This document shows positions 21,635 through 22,982 of a stretch of DNA of 22,982 bases, one piece after another. Below the pieces are notes generated by a model that saw nothing but the letters and a program-made list of their open reading frames with translations, had not been told where the DNA came from and did not search any database. Source of the DNA: Anthoceros angustus (lineage: Eukaryota; Plantae; Anthocerotophyta); contig VJWM01000393.1 in NCBI GenBank assembly GCA_010909165.1, forward strand, positions 1-22,982, read 5' to 3'. How positions within the stretch are numbered: the stretch's first letter is position 1; each line of letters opens with the position of its first letter. Made by a program: the position numbers and the translations under genes.

Positions 21635-21790
21635 CAGGGTCAGGCCGGAGTGGGTGGTCCGGCCGGGGTCGGTGGTCGAGGTCGGCCAGAGGTCGGAGGT
21701 CAGGGCAGGTGGTCCGGGTGGTCCGAGGCGGGTGGTCCGTCTGGGGTCAGGCGTGGTCTGTCGGCGGTCCGGCCAGGTGTGGTGCGGCTG
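21635..21790 (+). repeat. G-rich low-complexity tract with GGTGGTCC repeats
   Basis: GGTGGTCC at 21653, 21708, 21717 and 21731, plus GGTGGTCG at 21671 and several GGTCGG/GGTCAG. Lies upstream of TnpD. Confidence 0.75.
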
Positions 21791-21975
21791 GCGGCGTAGT
21801 CTAGTTGGCATAGTTTGGAGCGGATCTCTTGGAAAGGGCGTAGCTGGTGGAAGAAGTCCGTTGCAATGATGAGCTACGTCTGGCGGTTACTACGACCGGG
21901 TTAGGGTACATACATGGGCGGGTTAGATTAGGATATGTGGGGGTATATAGGAAGGCTGGCGTCCAAGGCGGGAGG

Positions 21976-22814
21976 CTATCCCGTACCATCTTCGTGTGCT
22001 CTTGCCTTGGCTCGAGGCGGAGTGAGTTCTGCGTCTGCGAGGATTAATTGAGTGGTAGAGGATGTGTTTAGAGCTACGGTGACGAGCTCGCCAACACGCT
22101 TGATGGAGTGCGGGAGGTCGGACTGAGCTCGGAGGTGCTCGGGTGATTTCTGGTCGAGACTAACCTTGGAGCTCTTTGGAGCAGGAGTGTGGAGTTTGCG
22201 CTGAAGCCACTTCTCCATGAGTGAAGCGGTAGGAGGATTAGGGGCGCTTGGGGTGACTGCTGGCGGAAGCCATCCTTGGAGGCTATTTGGAGCGGAGGTG
22301 GGGATGCGGTGAAGCCACTTCTCCATGAGCGTGAAGCGGTAGGAGGATTAGGAGGCGCTTGGGGTGACTGGGCGGAAGCCATCCTTGGAGGCTGGAGCGG
22401 AGGTGGGGTTGCGGCTACTTCTGGCGTGAAGCAGAAGGGCAAAAGCGCTGGTGTGAATACATCCGTGTTGGTGTTGTGACTAGTGGGAATGGATAAGGGA
22501 GGGTCGCGTTCGTGTGTTGAGGTGGAGTTGTGGCGGGGCGAGTTGAGGAGGCGCTGATGGGTTGGGACGGAGGAGCGTCGTTAAACTGTTCGGTAGTCTT
22601 GGAGAAACCAGGCGGGGTTTGTGGGAAGGTCCGGTGGTTGCGCGTGTGGTCCAAGCGAGTTGTGGAGGGCACACACTTAGGGTTGTGGGACCCAACATGA
22701 AGTCCGTTCGGCGGTGGGTTGTAGAGCTCGAGGCGAGAATAAGCAGACCATTCCCATGGAGCGGACCTTCCTTACTACGACAGGATTGTCTCTTGGCGGA
22801 AATCGGCGCCACAT
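21976..22814 (-). CDS. Putative frameshifted Pro/Ser/Thr-rich ORF of unknown function upstream of TnpD
   Basis: ATG at 22814 (MWRRFPPRDNPVVVRK..). Overlapping long open frames at 22672-22415, 22442-22074 and 22326-21976, a 108-nt (36-codon) internal duplication, and a TATA-like run ~100 nt upstream. No recognisable domain. Confidence 0.3.
22202..22414. repeat. Two-copy tandem duplication, 108-nt period
   Basis: tgaagccacttctccatgag... begins at 22202 and again at 22310. The second unit is ~105 nt with small indels. Confidence 0.95.
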
Positions 22815-22909
22815 TTTAGAATGGTATTGTTGTGGTTTGCTGAGTTAGTAGATATGAGTAGGGACTGGCGCACGGTGTGGATGGGTGTAATGGTCGGCGG
22901 TTTGTGGAG

Positions 22910-22918
22910 TATATATAA
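22910..22918. promoter_or_regulatory. TATA-like element
   Basis: TATATATAA within an otherwise G-rich context. It could serve the minus-strand CACTA transcript, but orientation is ambiguous. Confidence 0.25.
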
Positions 22919-22982
22919 GTAGGGAGGATGCAGGGGCCGGGCCAGGGTGCGAATCTAGCGGGAGGCCTAGCATGCTCAGCAG

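Larger units (their letters stand above)
14609..22982 (-). mobile_element. CACTA (En/Spm) DNA transposon; left end at 14609, right end probably beyond the window
   Basis: CCCTACTAGAAAA at 14609 is one mismatch from the CACTACTAGAAAA TIR type. Subterminal repeats follow, then TnpA-like and TnpD genes on the minus strand. No matching right TIR was found before 22982. Confidence 0.75.

Noticed and set aside
22804-22811. TGGCGCCG on the minus strand resembling a retroelement primer-binding site
   Set aside because: Not preceded by an LTR CA terminus and no gag follows.
1-22982. rRNA, tRNA or other structured ncRNA genes
   Set aside because: No recognisable cloverleaf or conserved rRNA signature seen by eye; a covariance-model scan was not possible.

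Overview
TE-dense, GC-moderate eukaryotic nuclear DNA, most likely from a land plant. The CACTA transposase, Ty3/gypsy pol fragment and F-box gene style point to this; a bryophyte, lycophyte or fern source is only a guess. The left half holds two near-identical copies of a ~4.3-kb block (545-4875 and 7009-11403). Each copy carries a plus-strand gene with a long Glu/Asp/Tyr repeat region followed by a papain (C1A)-like domain whose catalytic Cys position reads Ile, and a convergent minus-strand F-box-type gene. The 2.1-kb spacer holds the F-box 5' end, LTR-like pieces and a gypsy integrase fragment. Next come a 1.7-kb orphan element with CACTG/TAGTG-like ends (11404-13097), LTR fragments and a (TAA)25 array. 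From 14609 to the window end lies a large minus-strand CACTA/En-Spm element with a TIR, subterminal repeats, TnpA-like and TnpD (tnp2) genes, and an extra upstream Pro/Ser/Thr-rich ORF. Nearly every coding region is frameshifted. The differences I inspected between the two copies are mostly small indels at CG/CHG sites, which looks like long-read basecalling error on methylated DNA, so several 'pseudogene' calls may be artefacts. All protein-family assignments are motif recognition by eye, with no database searches.
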